From Sphaerodactylus townsendi (Eukaryota): a stretch of 64,000 nucleotides of DNA. The position numbers and the translations under genes are program-made. Positions 25,558 to 38,039 of the stretch are shown one piece after another (the stretch's first letter is position 1; each line of letters starts with the position of its first letter). The stretch lies in contig NC_059425.1 in NCBI RefSeq assembly GCF_021028975.2, positions 24,366,001-24,430,000 of the forward strand. Direction: 5' to 3'. The notes below the pieces were generated by a model. It saw only the letters and a program-made list of their open reading frames with translations. It was not told the origin of the DNA and did not search any database.

Positions 25558-27161
25558 CTATATTTCAGAGACACAACCCTGTGGATTACCTGGACTGGTT
25601 CCTAATGCTCAATATTTTATTTAGGTATTTATTTCATTATTTCATTATTGAAAACATTTATTGGCCGCCTTCCTACTTCGAGTAACTTAAGGCAGCTTAC
25701 AATGTAAACAAAACATCTATTAAAACTATCTAAAATACCACAATCTCTTCACACATGTATCAACTGACATGGCTCATTGGTACAGCCTCCATTTGGAAGG
25801 TCCCCAGTTCAGCTAAAAAGATCTCATAATAGGTGATGTGAAAGACGCCAGACAGCAGCTGCCAGTCTGAGTAGACAATACTGACCTCAGTGGGTGAAAG
25901 GTCTGGTTCAGTAGAAGGCAGATTCCTGTGAGGCTGCCCCACTGAAACGGTTTAGCCTAAGGGGTGTGTATGGAATTATTCAACACCCCCCCGGGTCCCA
26001 CACACTGCTAAGTGGTAAGACTGCTGAAAAAGAAGGGGATGGGAAGAAGTTGAAAGAACCCAGCGGTTTAAGCGTACAAAGTTCTTTTCGCACATCCTCA
26101 CACAAGCCTTACAACATCCCTGCAGGGGAGGGAGGGAGGGGTGGCATGCAAGGGAAGGGAGGGAGGGGGCCCTGAATCTGGACATGGCCCACCCACCCTA
26201 GTGGAGGAAGGGGGAAAGGAGGGAGGGGAAGAGGTGGCATGCAAGGGAAGGGGAGGGAGTGAGGGGAGGGAGTGAGGCTAGGGCAGGAACTTGGGCTCCG
26301 GTTCAGGTTAGGTTGAGCTCTGTGGTGAGAACTAGGACTAGTGGTGTCATGAAAGGGAGGGGAGTGAGTAAGGAGTGGCATGCAAGAGAGGAGAGGGAAG
26401 GGTGATCTGCAAGACAGATCAGTTTAATTGTTTTTGTTTAATCCGATAGAATTTATATTGAGGAAAGCTCATAGCAATTGCTTACTTTCAGATGAAGTCT
26501 TGTCATAAGTATAATACATCTCCAACACCACAAACAATACAACATTACCACAAGGTATCTGAAACACAGACCCTAATAACACTGATAAAAAAATCTTGTC
26601 CCATTTTGTAGCAGCCAGATTTTTAGACCAGACTGTAATCCTGATGGTTTCAAATTAATGCCATTCAAACAAACTTTTGTACATTTTGGGAGCACAAACA
26701 TATGGGATTTATGCTCCATTAGCCTTGAAGCTTGGACAAGAGTGGTACATTTCAGGTTCTGGTTAACCTAGGCTCATTCCGCACATGCAGAATAATGCAC
26801 TTTCAAAATGCTTTCAGTGCTCTTTGAAGCTGTGAGGAATAGCAAAATCCACTTGCGGAATAGCAAAATCCACTTGCAAACCACTTGAAAGTTGTTTGAA
26901 AATGCATTATTTTGCATGTGCGGAAGGGGCCAAAGTGTCCTTTTATTGTATTACACAGGCCCTTTGTTTTGCACTATACAGAGTTTTCAAATCAGTGTTA
27001 TTAGGGTCTGAATTTCAAATATCTTGTGGTCCTGTTGTATTGTTTTTGGCATGTACATTCTATTGGGTTGCACTGCTCACCACTTAATTCAAATAGTAAT
27101 TGTTTTGTATGGCAAAAGAGGAGGGGGGAGGAGGAAGGGGGCTCCCTAAGACCACCTGAAG

Positions 27162-27346
27162 CAGTGGTTCTCAACCTTCCTAATGCTGCGACCCTTTAAT
27201 ACAGTTCCTCATGTTGTGGTGACCCCCAACCCTAACATTTATCCATTTTACAGATGGAGAACACGGATGCAGACAGTCTTAGGCGACCCCGTGAAAGGGT
27301 CGTTCAACCCCCAAAGGGGTCCTGACCCCCAGGTTGAGAACCACTG
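27162..27346. mobile_element. SPIN-family non-autonomous hAT MITE
   Basis: CAGTGGTTCTCAACCTTCCTAATGCTGCGACCCTTTAATACAGTTCCTCATGTTGTGGTGACCCCCAACC...CAGGTTGAGAACCACTG; TSD ACCTGAAG/GCCTGAAG. Confidence 0.85.
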
Positions 27347-27427
27347 GCCTGAAGGGTGTAACAGAGGGGACATGGCCCCAGCCCCTTTCCAAACACCACA
27401 CCCCCAGCCCGGCGCCACTCCGCCTAC

Positions 27428-27977
27428 CCAGGTTGTACAGCAAGAAGAGCGCTTGGAAGAGGGGCTCGGCGGCGGGGCGGCGCTCCGTCTCTTCCCGGTA
27501 GGCGCGGCGCAAGGCGGCAAAGCACTCCTGCACCTGGGCTCGGTGCAGGTGGGCGTCGAAGCGGGCGGGCGGCTCTGCGCAGAGCTGGTGCCCCGCGCGC
27601 AGCAGGTAGACCAGCGAGCGCTCCAGGACGGCGGCGCAGGGCAGGCCGGAGACGCGCTGCACGGTCAGGTCGAGGCGCACGGCGCGCAGGCGGTCGCTGA
27701 CGAAGGCGCACTGCTCGGCGGCCGACACGTCGGGTCGCGGGCGAGCCGCCTCGCCCACTAGGTGTCGCACCGTGGCCAGCAGCACCGGCGGCGGGCGCAG
27801 CTCCTCTGGCCGCAGGGGCGCCTTGCCGGCCGCTGGCCGGGAGTACTCCTTCACCGCCCGCTCGGGCGGCCCCAGCTCCAGGGCGTGCAGGCGCCTCTGG
27901 CGCCGCCGCAGGGCCAGCTCGCCGGCCGGACACATACCCGGGCAGGTGCCCGTTGGGGCCTGCTCGAGGCCGCCCAT
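27428..27977 (-). CDS. SAC3D1: SAC3 domain-containing protein 1, exon 1
   Basis: MGGLEQAPTGTCPGMCP...AVKEYSRPAAGK...LRPPPVLLATVRHL...DRLRAVRLDL...FQALFLLYNLG; 550 nt in a CpG island, GTAGGC donor. Confidence 0.93.
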
Positions 27978-30251
27978 GCTGCGGAAGGCGCGGCCGGGGG
28001 CGGCCCCAAAAAGTGTCGTCGCTTGGAAAGGAGGAGCCCAAACAGTCCCCAAGCCGCGTGAGATGGGAGAGGAGGGGGCCTGCAGGCGGATCGGAGCTTT
28101 CCGCGCAAGCGCGAATTGGAGGTTTTTCATCCGAGCGCGCGAAAAGAAAACACGGCTCAAGATTTGCTCACACGTGCGGAACAGGACTGGGATGCTGAAA
28201 ACAGGCGGGAGAACGAACTAAGCCCGGTTGAGCGTGGAGGATCACATTTTGGGGGGTCATGGTCTACAATTTCCTGAAGATGGTCCCGGGGCAAGACAGA
28301 TTCCTTGCGTGGTTCCAAGTTGACCTGAGTGCTAAGAATGGTCATAACCCAATTGCTGTGCAAAACAACCCTTTTTATACTTTTGGACTTCGAGGGTTTG
28401 AATTTGGGAGGAGAAAATCAAGTTTGTGATAACACTAAAGGGGCTTCGATTAGTTTGTCACTTGATTATCACTCGGCATAGTTCCTGATGGAGTTAGAGT
28501 AATTATCAGATATCCAAGACGCCCCCCTGATAAAAGGTGCCTGACAGAAATCCTAAAAGCTTACTAGGGCTCAAGGGCGCCTTTTAGAGTGTTAGAAAAA
28601 TCCAGTCATTTTCATTCCAGGCAGGCAGGCTACCCAATCCACGGAAGGGGGGGGGGGGCAGTGTTTGGTGGCAGATGGGGACAGCACACACGCCTTCTCC
28701 AGAGGTTCCCAGTGGTGCAGAAAGGTAAAATAAAACAGAAACCTACCTTTCATGCTACAAGGGCCCTTTCCAGCCCAGTGCCAGTGTAAGTTGCCTCCAC
28801 AGCAGTGTAAGTACTTAAGCTGCGTGGACTGGTAGTGATGCCAACGCTGGGGTCATGACTGCTCCACAGCCTTTACCTCCTTCCCCCAAAGTGCATTGCA
28901 CTGTTAATCCTTTGAGTACAACCAGATGCTTGATGGGGGTATATTTTATAACCGTCTGATCGATAACAGTAGGAGCCGGGGGAGCCACTTTCCCTGCCTG
29001 GCTTGACTTTTAACTCTTGTGGCATCATGTCCGACTGAATGAAAGGGCTGCATCCTGTGCTGCTAGTCCCAACAGCCTCCAGCATCACCAACAGAAGGCG
29101 CTGTGCTAAGTTGCTCAGACTTCCCTCACTGTTCAGTAACATGCCTACCTCAAGTTTATAAATTTCTCCAGTCCACAACATTGTCAATGGATTTTTGCAA
29201 CAGTTGCTGCCTTCAGAATTGTTGGAAGTGGAGGGCTTTGCTCTGTCTCTCAGCTCCAGACTTATTTTGGGGGGTTGAAATCTATGAAACATCGCTTGTT
29301 TCAGAGGGCAGCCATGTTGGTCTGGAGTAAAAAGTAGATTCAGGTCCAGTAGCATGGGGTGTAAGCTTCTGACAGTTAAATCTCTCTTTATCAGACACCT
29401 GACGCATCTGACAAAGGAACTTTGACTCCCAAATGCTTATACCTGAAACTCTAATTGTTCTCTGAGGTGCTACCTGACTCGGATCTGACTGTTCTTTTCA
29501 ACTGACACCTTCTCTCTCTCTCCACCCTGGCACCATGAAGGCAGAACATGGTTCCCACATCTTCATCCATCCTAACTAGGTAATCCTAAATTAGAATCCT
29601 GTCTCTACTCTATCCTGTCTAGAATAGAGTTCTTTACAATACATTAGTTTTGCAAAGATAAAGCTCTGTATATAACCTTGTTTCTCAGCTGCACACACAC
29701 CAGGTAAATTAAGCTGTGTTGTGTGCCTTTGAGCTCTGCTAACCCAACATTTCATCAGAATTTTGGAAATAGTTTCTGCCTCCAAAATGATAACTAAAGA
29801 TGGTCCAACACAACAGCAAATGGTGCTTTGCAGACACAAAACTTTCTTTCCTTGGGCCAAAATTTTCGAACAGCTGACTCCTACCCATTTTTCTTTTAGC
29901 CCTTATGGAAAGTATGGTTGCTAGTGTGCCTCACCCAGGAGATTCTGTCCCAGAGTTTTATACTTGATAACTTTCAGCAGGGAGGCAGTCAAAATGGCTT
30001 TTGGAGACCCGGGTTCAGGTCATCCCTCCCCATCCGCCTGCCATGACATATTCTGGGCAACCTTGAGCCAGACATTTCACAGGGTTGTTGTGAATTATAA
30101 CAATGGGAAGGGGAAACAATACACATCATCCTGAGCTCCTTGGAAGAAGAGCAGAATGAAAATATGATAGGCAAGTGTAAAGAATAAAATTCATTCTTTA
30201 TAGCAGAATGCTAAATAATGTAATAAAATAAAATAACCCCAGCTCCAGTTT

Positions 30252-30445
30252 GGATGGCCCAGGCTGGCCAAATCTCCTCAGCTCTTGAAACAAAGCAGGG
30301 TTAGTACTTGGATGGGAGATCACAAAGAAAATCCAGGGCTGCTACAACACAGATGCAGGCAATGGCATCTCTGAACATCTCTTGCCTTGAAAACCCTATA
30401 GGGGGGTCATCATAATGTGGCAACTTAATGGCATTTTCCACCACC
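30252..30445 (+). mobile_element. 5S rRNA-headed SINE with Sauria/BovB-like tail
   Basis: AAGCAGGGTTAGTACTTGGATGGGAGA (5S A/C boxes) followed by CTCTTGCCTTGAAAACCC tail; copies at ~37655-37815, 59881-60055, 60565-60712. Confidence 0.7.
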
Positions 30446-31268
30446 CAAAACTGGCTTAACTGTAAAGCCATGTCCTGTAGATTAAAAAACAACAACAGGA
30501 TTTAAGGCTCTTGTGGTAAAAACAGAGGCAGGTAAGGTTTATATTTTTGCAAAAAGGATATACCATATCCCACTGAAATGTTAGAAAATCTTTTCAGGGG
30601 TTGTTTTGCTACCAACTCAGCAATAGCTTCTACTCCAAAGTCACCTAATATCAATGTCAAACTGCTTGGGAGCAGGCAAAAATTCAACCATGTCCTTTGG
30701 AATATCCTGCAAAGTGACCTCTCTTGCCCATATAGAGCGTACTTACATAATTCAAGAGGTTATACAGCGAGAGCAGGCAAAGATAATCTCTGTGTTAACC
30801 ACAAAACCGGTTGCAGTAAGGGTAGAATCACACTCACTGAGAACTGGATGTTGAAAACCTTACTGTGCCTCCCACTCCTAGCCTGGAATTTGTTTTTAAC
30901 AGCAAACGAATGCTTCTCCCTGCAGCTAAGGGATACATGAGTCAGCACTGCCTCTGCTAGAGCTGCCATATGGTCAGCCTGTTACATGATTCTACCCTCA
31001 AACAAAGAGCGCTTTGATTCCATCCAGCTTTGATGAAGCATAATTCAGCTCTTCTGGGGGATCTGCAAGTGGGAGCTAGTCAGAAGTGAGTTTTGGTGCT
31101 GGCATCTCAGGAAAACACTCTGGTCAGCTGAGGCTGCAGTGATCTTTCCTTATAACCAACATGTCCTTCAGCTGGATATTTATAAACAAGCAGATTTTTG
31201 CAAGATTCATCTTCTGGCTAGAGTCCTGAGTACAATTATCAGGGGTAGTGATTGCTGTTGAATTCAGT

Positions 31269-31556
31269 GAAGAAGAAGAGTTGGATTTATATCCCCCCTT
31301 TCTCTCCTGTAGGAGATTCAAAGGGGCTTACAAACTCCTTTCCCTTCCCCCCCTGAAAACTCTACCTTGTGAGGTGGGTGGAGCTGAGAGAGCTCAGAAG
31401 AACTGTGACTAGCCCAAGGTCACCCAGCTGGCGAGTGTTGGAGTATACAGGCTAATCTGAATTCCCCAGACAAGCCTCCACAGCTCAGGTGGCAGAGTGA
31501 AAAATCAAACCCGGTTCCTCCAGATTAGATACACCAGCTCTTAACCTCCTACGCCA
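31269..31556 (-). mobile_element. CORE-SINE (Squam3-like)
   Basis: Same family as 57868-58163. Confidence 0.85.
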
Positions 31557-32705
31557 ACAGATGGAGCACATCTGTTGATGAAGTTAGTTTCAGGTGGGTA
31601 GCTGTGTTGGTCTGCTATAGAAGAGCAAAATCTGAGTCCAGGAGCACCTTAAAGTAGCAACAAGATATCATGGATATATCTGACAAAGAATGCTTTGATT
31701 CTCAAAAGCTGAAACCTTGGAAATCATGCCGGTCTTTAAGATGCTACTGGACTCTCAGTTGATGAAACAGATCACAGATAATGTGATGTGTCTTGCACTT
31801 CTCTTGCAGTGGGTAGACAACAACATGCCCCACAGAAGAGGAACTCTCTAACACTGGGGCTTCCACCTACCCTGCCCAGGCAGAGGGAAGGGGCTGTGAC
31901 TCAGGCGCCTTCCGCACATGCCGAATAATGCACTTTCAATGCACTTTGCAGTTGCTGTGCGGAATAGCAAAATCCACTTGCAAACAGTTGTGAAAGTGGA
32001 TTGAAAGTCCATTATTCTGCATGTGCAGAAGGGGCCTCTGATAAAAGAGTCTCCCAGGTTCAATTCCTGGCACTTTCAGTTAAAAAGGTGAGGCCGTAGT
32101 TGATGAGAAAGGTGTCTGAGACCCCGGACAGCTGCTACCAGTCTGAGTTGATAATATTGACCTTGATGAACCAGTGGTTTGAATTAGTACAAGGCAGTCT
32201 CACGTGTGGAGGGGGATTGTGGGTTGAATTCTCTTCAGATACAAATCTCAATCCAACAGCTCCACTCTTACCAGAATCAGCTTCATTTTGAACTTGGGGG
32301 AGAGGGAGCCTGCAGATACAGGGACACTTCTCTGTGCTTTCCCCATATTTAGGATCTGGAAGCTAAAGTGCTAGTATCATCTTCCAACTGTATGAGTGAT
32401 TCAGTCTGCTTTCCCTGCCCCACAGAGTGAACATACAAAGCAAAAGTAGATGCAATGAGTATAAATTAAAATGCAAACAAGGCATTGGAAAGGTTTACAA
32501 GCATGTCTTTGGACAGTGTACAGGAAATCCCCTACCCACGGACAGGAGGTCAAGAGAAGGGGAAATTGGGTGGTCAAGTCTGCTCTGGCCAGTCAATGCC
32601 AGGATGGGGGCAGTGGCTGCTGAAAGAGCAGTTTGGTCTCTTCTCAAGGTGGCAACAGGGAATGCCAGGCTGACTTGTGCCACTGGGAGTGCCTAGGAAG
32701 CCACA

Positions 32706-32812
32706 TCACAGGTGCAGATGGCTCAGGTGTTGCTGACAGATCTCCTCAGCCCTCCGCAGGTATTCTGCCGTCTTCTTCTTCACAGCCTCCCTGCGGGCCG
32801 CATCTGGATCGC
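32706..32812 (-). CDS. SNX15: SNX15 last exon (GDPDAARREAVKKKTAEYLRRAEEICQQHLSHLHL*)
   Basis: MIT YL.RAE motif, TGA at 32706-32708. Confidence 0.93.
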
Positions 32813-33444
32813 CTGAAAACAGAAAGGAAGGAGGGAGGGATTTTCTCAACATTAAAGTGGCTTACTGGTTTGATTCAAAACAATCCTCATTACTCCAAAA
32901 AATGTTCCCCGATCCTCACTATTCCCACTTTTGAAGATGTGAGTTTAAAGAATCATCTTCTATTGATGCGAAGAATGAGCAACCTCCTGTTAAACAGAAA
33001 AAAATGCTGTCACTCAGGTATCCTTAGGGGCTTGTTCATAAAGATTTCCAGATTGGCTTGGCTTCCCAATTATTGCCAAAGAAATGTGTGTGACAGAAAG
33101 AAAAGTAGCATTTGCTGATTGCATTCCAATATGGGATAACTGTTTTCACTCTACGATATGAATGAAATAGAAATATTTTTATATATGCTGTGCCCCTGTC
33201 TCAACATATATAAAAATATTTCTAGTGGCTTACAAATTTTGTTCTCTTCCCCTCCCCAGAACAGACCCCTTGTGTGGTGGGTGAGGCTGACAGAGTTCTG
33301 AGAGGATTGTGGCTAGTTCAAAGTCACCCAGCAGGCTTCATGTGGAGGCGTGGGGAATCAACCCTGGTTCTCCATGTTTGAGTCCACTGCTCTTCACCAC
33401 TAAGCCATGCTGGCTCTCCAGTCTGACATAAGTAACCCTCATAC

Positions 33445-33690
33445 CTTGCAGGCCATGGAGCAGCAAATCGACGCCACTGTGGTAGCCATGGAAAGCCCCC
33501 TCATAGTCTTCAGCCGCTTCGCTCTCCAAGGCGTGCTTGATATGCTCGGTGGCCAAAGCCAGGTATGCACCGGGGTCTTCTGTGACTGCTCCTTCCTGGG
33601 CTGGTAGCAGAATCCCTGCACCTGGGGGAGAAGGCGCTGGGGCATCTTCCAAGGAAGCACGAGCAGGGGAGGAGCTGGCTGCACCCAAGT
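33445..33690 (-). CDS. SNX15: SNX15 exon 7 (MIT domain: AYLALATEHIKHALESEAAEDYEGAFHGYHSGVDLLLHGLQ)
   Basis: 246 nt, AG/GT bounded, MIT helices. Confidence 0.92.
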
Positions 33691-33926
33691 CTAAGCAACA
33701 GGGAGAAGGGTGATAGCACAAACTCCTTGTGTTTTCCCTCCTGGATGGACAACTCTATACAGCCACACCCTGGCCAGCAGGAGACTCATGGGGGAGCTTG
33801 GGGACAATCCCAATTCTGTGCCCAGATTTAACATCCCCTGAAATAGAGAGTTATTCATACCTGGGCAAAACGGCGTGCAGGGCCGGGAAGCATTTCCAAA
33901 TTCCTCACCAGCATCCATCAACTCAC

Positions 33927-34091
33927 TTCCTTCCTGTTTAAGGGGTCAAATACCATGCATAGCTCCTGGACTGACAGGTAAGCAGCGGGAAGGTGAACCC
34001 ACTTCCTTCTCTTCTCTCTCCTCCTCCACATGACAAGCAAAGAGAGCATCCAGGGCTTCATCTTCACAGTTTCGGGGTGAAGAGTGGTCCC
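33927..34091 (-). CDS. SNX15: SNX15 exon 6 (EALDALF...; apparent internal frameshift before VFDP)
   Basis: EALDALF and EL..VFDP..RKE motifs lie in different frames; TAG acceptor and GTGAGT donor. Confidence 0.72.
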
Positions 34092-34120
34092 CTATGCCAG
34101 GAACACTGATTAGGCTAAGT

Positions 34121-34372
34121 CCATGGTGGCAAACCTATGGCACTCCAGATGTTCATGGACTACAATTCCCATCAGCCCTGCCAATTGGCCATGCTGGCGG
34201 GGGCTGATGGGAATTGTTGTCCATGAACATCTGGAGTGCCATAGGTTCGCCACCACTGGGCTAGGTCGTAGGAGTTAAACTTGCGGCCCTCCAGATGTTA
34301 TGGACTACAGTTCCCATTATGATGGGAACTGTAGTCCATAACATCTGGAGGGGCGTGAGTTTGACACCTGTG
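34121..34372. mobile_element. Two tandem palindromic hAT MITEs (34121-34258, 34267-34372)
   Basis: Target octamer GGCTA(A/G)GT present three times, flanking both elements. Confidence 0.82.
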
Positions 34373-34996
34373 GGCTAGGTGATGATGACGGGGGGGGGAG
34401 GAATGACAGGGATGACGGGTCCTCAAAGAAGGCAAGACAGGGATGTAGAGAGTTTCTACTTTCTCCTGTTCAGAACATTCCCGCGCAGCCCAGCCCTGTG
34501 AGATCCACCCCCCAACCATAAGCCCAAGGCTGCATCAGTTCTAGCTTCTTCAAAGCGAACCTCCCCCCCCCACCTCAGATACTAGAGCTGCTGATAAATG
34601 CAGCTGTTATTAGCCCCGCTGCAAACTACCACAATCAAGCCTATAAAGATGAAGATTAGGAACCAGGAGGCCTCATTATCAACACTAGAAGTCCCAAGGA
34701 AGCTAAAAGTCCACACTCCAGGCCTTGAAAGGTCCTGGTCTTCTGGATGTGGAAAAGGGATTGCCCTGGAGCCGAAGTGGAAGAGGGAAAGGAGAAATAT
34801 TCCATTTGTTCAGTACGCATCTTCTATCCTAACACACACATGCACACAGGTGGTGATTCTTTTTTCCCCCGACAACTTGTGCAAGAAATACACAATAAGA
34901 CTGCAGGCAAGGATACACAGCATGCCTCTCCTCCATTAATAATAAACAGCTCCCTGCAGAAGGAGAGCAGATCAGAAAATTCTGCCCCATCACCTC

Positions 34997-35193
34997 ACAT
35001 GAAGCTACTGGATACTGAGTCAGATCAATCATCATTCAAGGTCAGTGCTGTCTATCCCGACTGGCAGCAGTTCTCCAGGGTCTCAGGTGGAGATCTTTCA
35101 TATCACCTGATCCTTTTAAATGGGGATGCCCAGGATTGAACCTGGGATCATCTGCATGCCAAGCAAATGCTCTGGCACTGACTAATAGCTCCC
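34997..35193 (-). mobile_element. tRNA-derived SINE with CR1-like tail
   Basis: GGTTCAATCC B-box; copies at ~18070-18255, 25765-25931, 32045-32203, 58725-58905. Confidence 0.7.
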
Positions 35194-35226
35194 CTTCTTT
35201 AAAAGGCAAGGACCAGAAAGCCATAC

Positions 35227-35443
35227 CTCCCTCCTTCCTTTGAGGCTCCTGATCGCAGACTTCCCTTGCTGCCTGTGAAGCTCTGCTGTGATCCTGCTCA
35301 GACTCCAGGCCCAGGATTCCGTGATCCACTTCAGACACTAGAGCATCCTCACCAGGCTCCACTCCTTCTGGTGGTACAGGGATCAAAGGGGGAGCCAGAG
35401 AAGGCTGGTCACAGTTTTCCAGAGGTCTCCCCCCTTCCCCACC
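35227..35443 (-). CDS. SNX15: SNX15 exon 5 (GGEGGRPLENCDQPSLAPPLIPVPP...)
   Basis: 217 nt, AG/GT bounded, PPLIP motif. Confidence 0.88.
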
Positions 35444-35727
35444 CTGCAAGACAAAAGCAGTGGAATGAGTGCAGAGGCACAAATGGATTCTTCCTCTTGG
35501 AATGTAGAGCAGGCCAAGGATCATACCTGGGACCCACAGGAGGACTGTGGAGAGAGGACCCAGCACTCTCTTTCTACAACCAAGGAGGGGGTCCTGGAGT
35601 CACAGTACAACTCACAGAATCCCTAGGATCCCCCAACCCACTCAGAGGACTCAACTCGGGACCTCCTCAGGAGGATCTGGTACCCAGGGGACATCTCCCC
35701 CCTTCTCCATCTGCCCATCCAAAATAC

Positions 35728-35849
35728 CCGGAAGAACTCCTTGAGCTGGAGTGGATCAAGTTGGTTCAAAGCAGGGATATGCACTGTGAAGCGCAGCATG
35801 ACCTCCGCAGCCTTCCTCCGCTCCTCTATCACTTTGGGCTCAAATCGGC
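35728..35849 (-). CDS. SNX15: SNX15 exon 4 (GRFEPKVIEERRKAAEVMLRFTVHIPALN...QLKEFFR)
   Basis: 122 nt, end of PX domain. Confidence 0.93.
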
Positions 35850-37411
35850 CTGCAGGAAAAAAAGAGCCCCACATCAAAATGGGGGTCACCATCCTATTCT
35901 TGTGAGTACATGTGGAAGGCCTCCCTATGCTAGCCTGGCAATTCCCCCCCTCCCCCCCCATTCCCCAGAACCTCAGTCCCTAGCCTAAGAGCCTCACTAC
36001 ACATTATATGGTTTACACATTCGCTCTGGGAGTTATTGACCAGACAATCATTGAGAGTTTGACGCAGAGGAATCATTGAGAGTTTGACGCAGAGTTTACG
36101 CTGGAGGAAGCCTGTTACAGAGGCCAGCAAGGTGCGGCTAAGAACTGGCTGAGCACAGCTGAAAGCAATCACCACTGCATGCAGAAGTTTTACTGTGAGG
36201 AAAAACTTTATCAACAGTGCATACATTTACAGTGCATACAGGAACTCAAAAGGCAAACGGGCAGCATGCTCTGCAGCAATAGGCAATCCCTAAGAGGTAG
36301 TGCTAGTAGGCAAGCACTCCTTTTATATAACGAGTATTTTATTATGCTGACCGCTGTGTTTATTTTAATGGGTTTTTAATTGTATGTTGTATAATTATGT
36401 TGTTCACCGCCCAGAGCCTTTTGGGGGTAGGGCGGTATATAAAACTCAATAATAAATAAATAAATAAATAACCAATCGTAATGAAGAACAGCTGACTGGT
36501 TTCAACCGATTCTGACAAGGTGCTGGGAGGAGCAGCTGTCAGATTAGATCAGTTTGATCTGCCTGTCTGCTCTCAAGATGTATACAGGTATTTTTGATAC
36601 TGTGACAGAGTTCCCTGCTGAAACTTGACACTCAGACAAACAGACACACATCAGAGTGAGTCTGTAGCACAGACAGAGAAAAGGCGTAAGATTTCCCTCC
36701 CTGAACCATTTTTCCCATTGTTGAAACGAATGGAGCTTGCGTGTACTCACAGTGTATACAAAAGTTTCCCCAATGAGGCAAACAGCAGCTCGCAAAGGCC
36801 ATCCAGGTTGGGAAAACTGTGCAGGCCTTAAACCTACTCTCTGATCTGAATCGGATTGCCATGCCTCTAAGAATTAAGCTTCAACACAGAAGCTTTGTAC
36901 ACATTGTACATCTGGTTTGGGATGTGACTGTGAACACCATAAGTGACTAGTCAGGGCCCTAGACTCTAAAAAGCAACCTAATGCCTTCTTCCTCCCAAGC
37001 AAACAAAGGAAAGTTTTAGTTCAGAAGGAAGTCACCCTAAAAAGGACTATTAAAACTAGCACATCACTTACTCCCGACCCTGGACAAGTAAACCTCAGGT
37101 TCATTCCTATGCCTCAAATCATCACAAGAACTACTTTGCGGGATCCAAGAAATAGGGCATCTTGTTCCTAGTAACACTCTGCATTCTATTCCCAGCCTGA
37201 TATCCCTGGAAAATGTCCCAGGAGATCCCAGGAATCTCCCCGGCCATCTCTCTCGAATACAGAACCAGGTACTCAGAAGACCAGGTTCCTTTCAAAAGGA
37301 GAAAGAGTTGATTAACATTAGGATCCCACCAAATGCAATCACCAAAGAGTTCCTACTTCAGGACTGAGAGGTCAGTGGTGAGCATCTCTGCCACCCAGAT
37401 AAACCTCTTAC

Positions 37412-37532
37412 CAAAGACTTGGGCTTTGGGAAAAGGAGGAAAGTCCTCCAGGCGTCGGAAGAGGTTACGGTGGGTGTAGGCCAGGTCTCCATGCAGCTTC
37501 TTAAAGTCACTGTACCGTTTCCAGACCACAAT
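37412..37532 (-). CDS. SNX15: SNX15 exon 3 (IVVWKRYSDFKKLHGDLAYTHRNLFRRLEDFPPFPKAQVF)
   Basis: 121 nt, PX KRYSDF motif. Confidence 0.95.
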
Positions 37533-37883
37533 CTGTGGGATGAAATATAAGAGAGATTAAAAATGCAGACAGCTTTCCAGCGCCCACCACAATATGGGGC
37601 TCCTGCCAAGAAATAACACCTCCACATGAAGAACTTAAGATGTACAATGATATTGTGTATTCCAATCTCATCAGCGTTTGGAAGCTAAGCAGTATCAATA
37701 CTTTGATGAGAGACCACAGAGGAAGTGTACAGTGGCAAACCACCTCTGCTTCTCACTTGCTTGAAAGATTCTTACTGGGGTGGCTGTACATTTGTTGCAA
37801 CTTAACTGCACTGACATGTGGATGTTTGAAGAACTCTTCAGACAGAGCCCCCAGGGGATGGGGCGGTTTATAAATCGAAACAA

Positions 37884-37922
<39 letters not shown>

Positions 37923-38039
37923 AACCTCCCTGCCCCACTTATCTCTATTTTTGCCCTCTGCAGAAAATTCTGATGTCAGGCTTAAGAAGAAGGGGCGGTT
38001 CTGAAGAAACTTTTTCATCCAAGGTACAAAGCTCACTCA

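Noticed and set aside
27978-28160. N-terminal extension of the SAC3D1 ORF in the ORF track
   Set aside because: Begins at a non-ATG codon; homology starts at the ATG at 27977; read-through past 27428 enters the intron and SPIN MITE
30252-30330. 5S rRNA gene
   Set aside because: Partial, diverged 5S head fused to a SINE tail
35100-35190. tRNA gene
   Set aside because: tRNA-derived SINE head present in several decayed copies; no intact cloverleaf evident
35266-35988. 240-aa plus-strand ORF
   Set aside because: Antisense to SNX15 exons 4-5 and their intron; non-ATG start, no homology
36046-36094. 25-bp tandem duplication (similar ones near 10822-10859 and 48961-49022)
   Set aside because: Ordinary slippage duplications with no evident function
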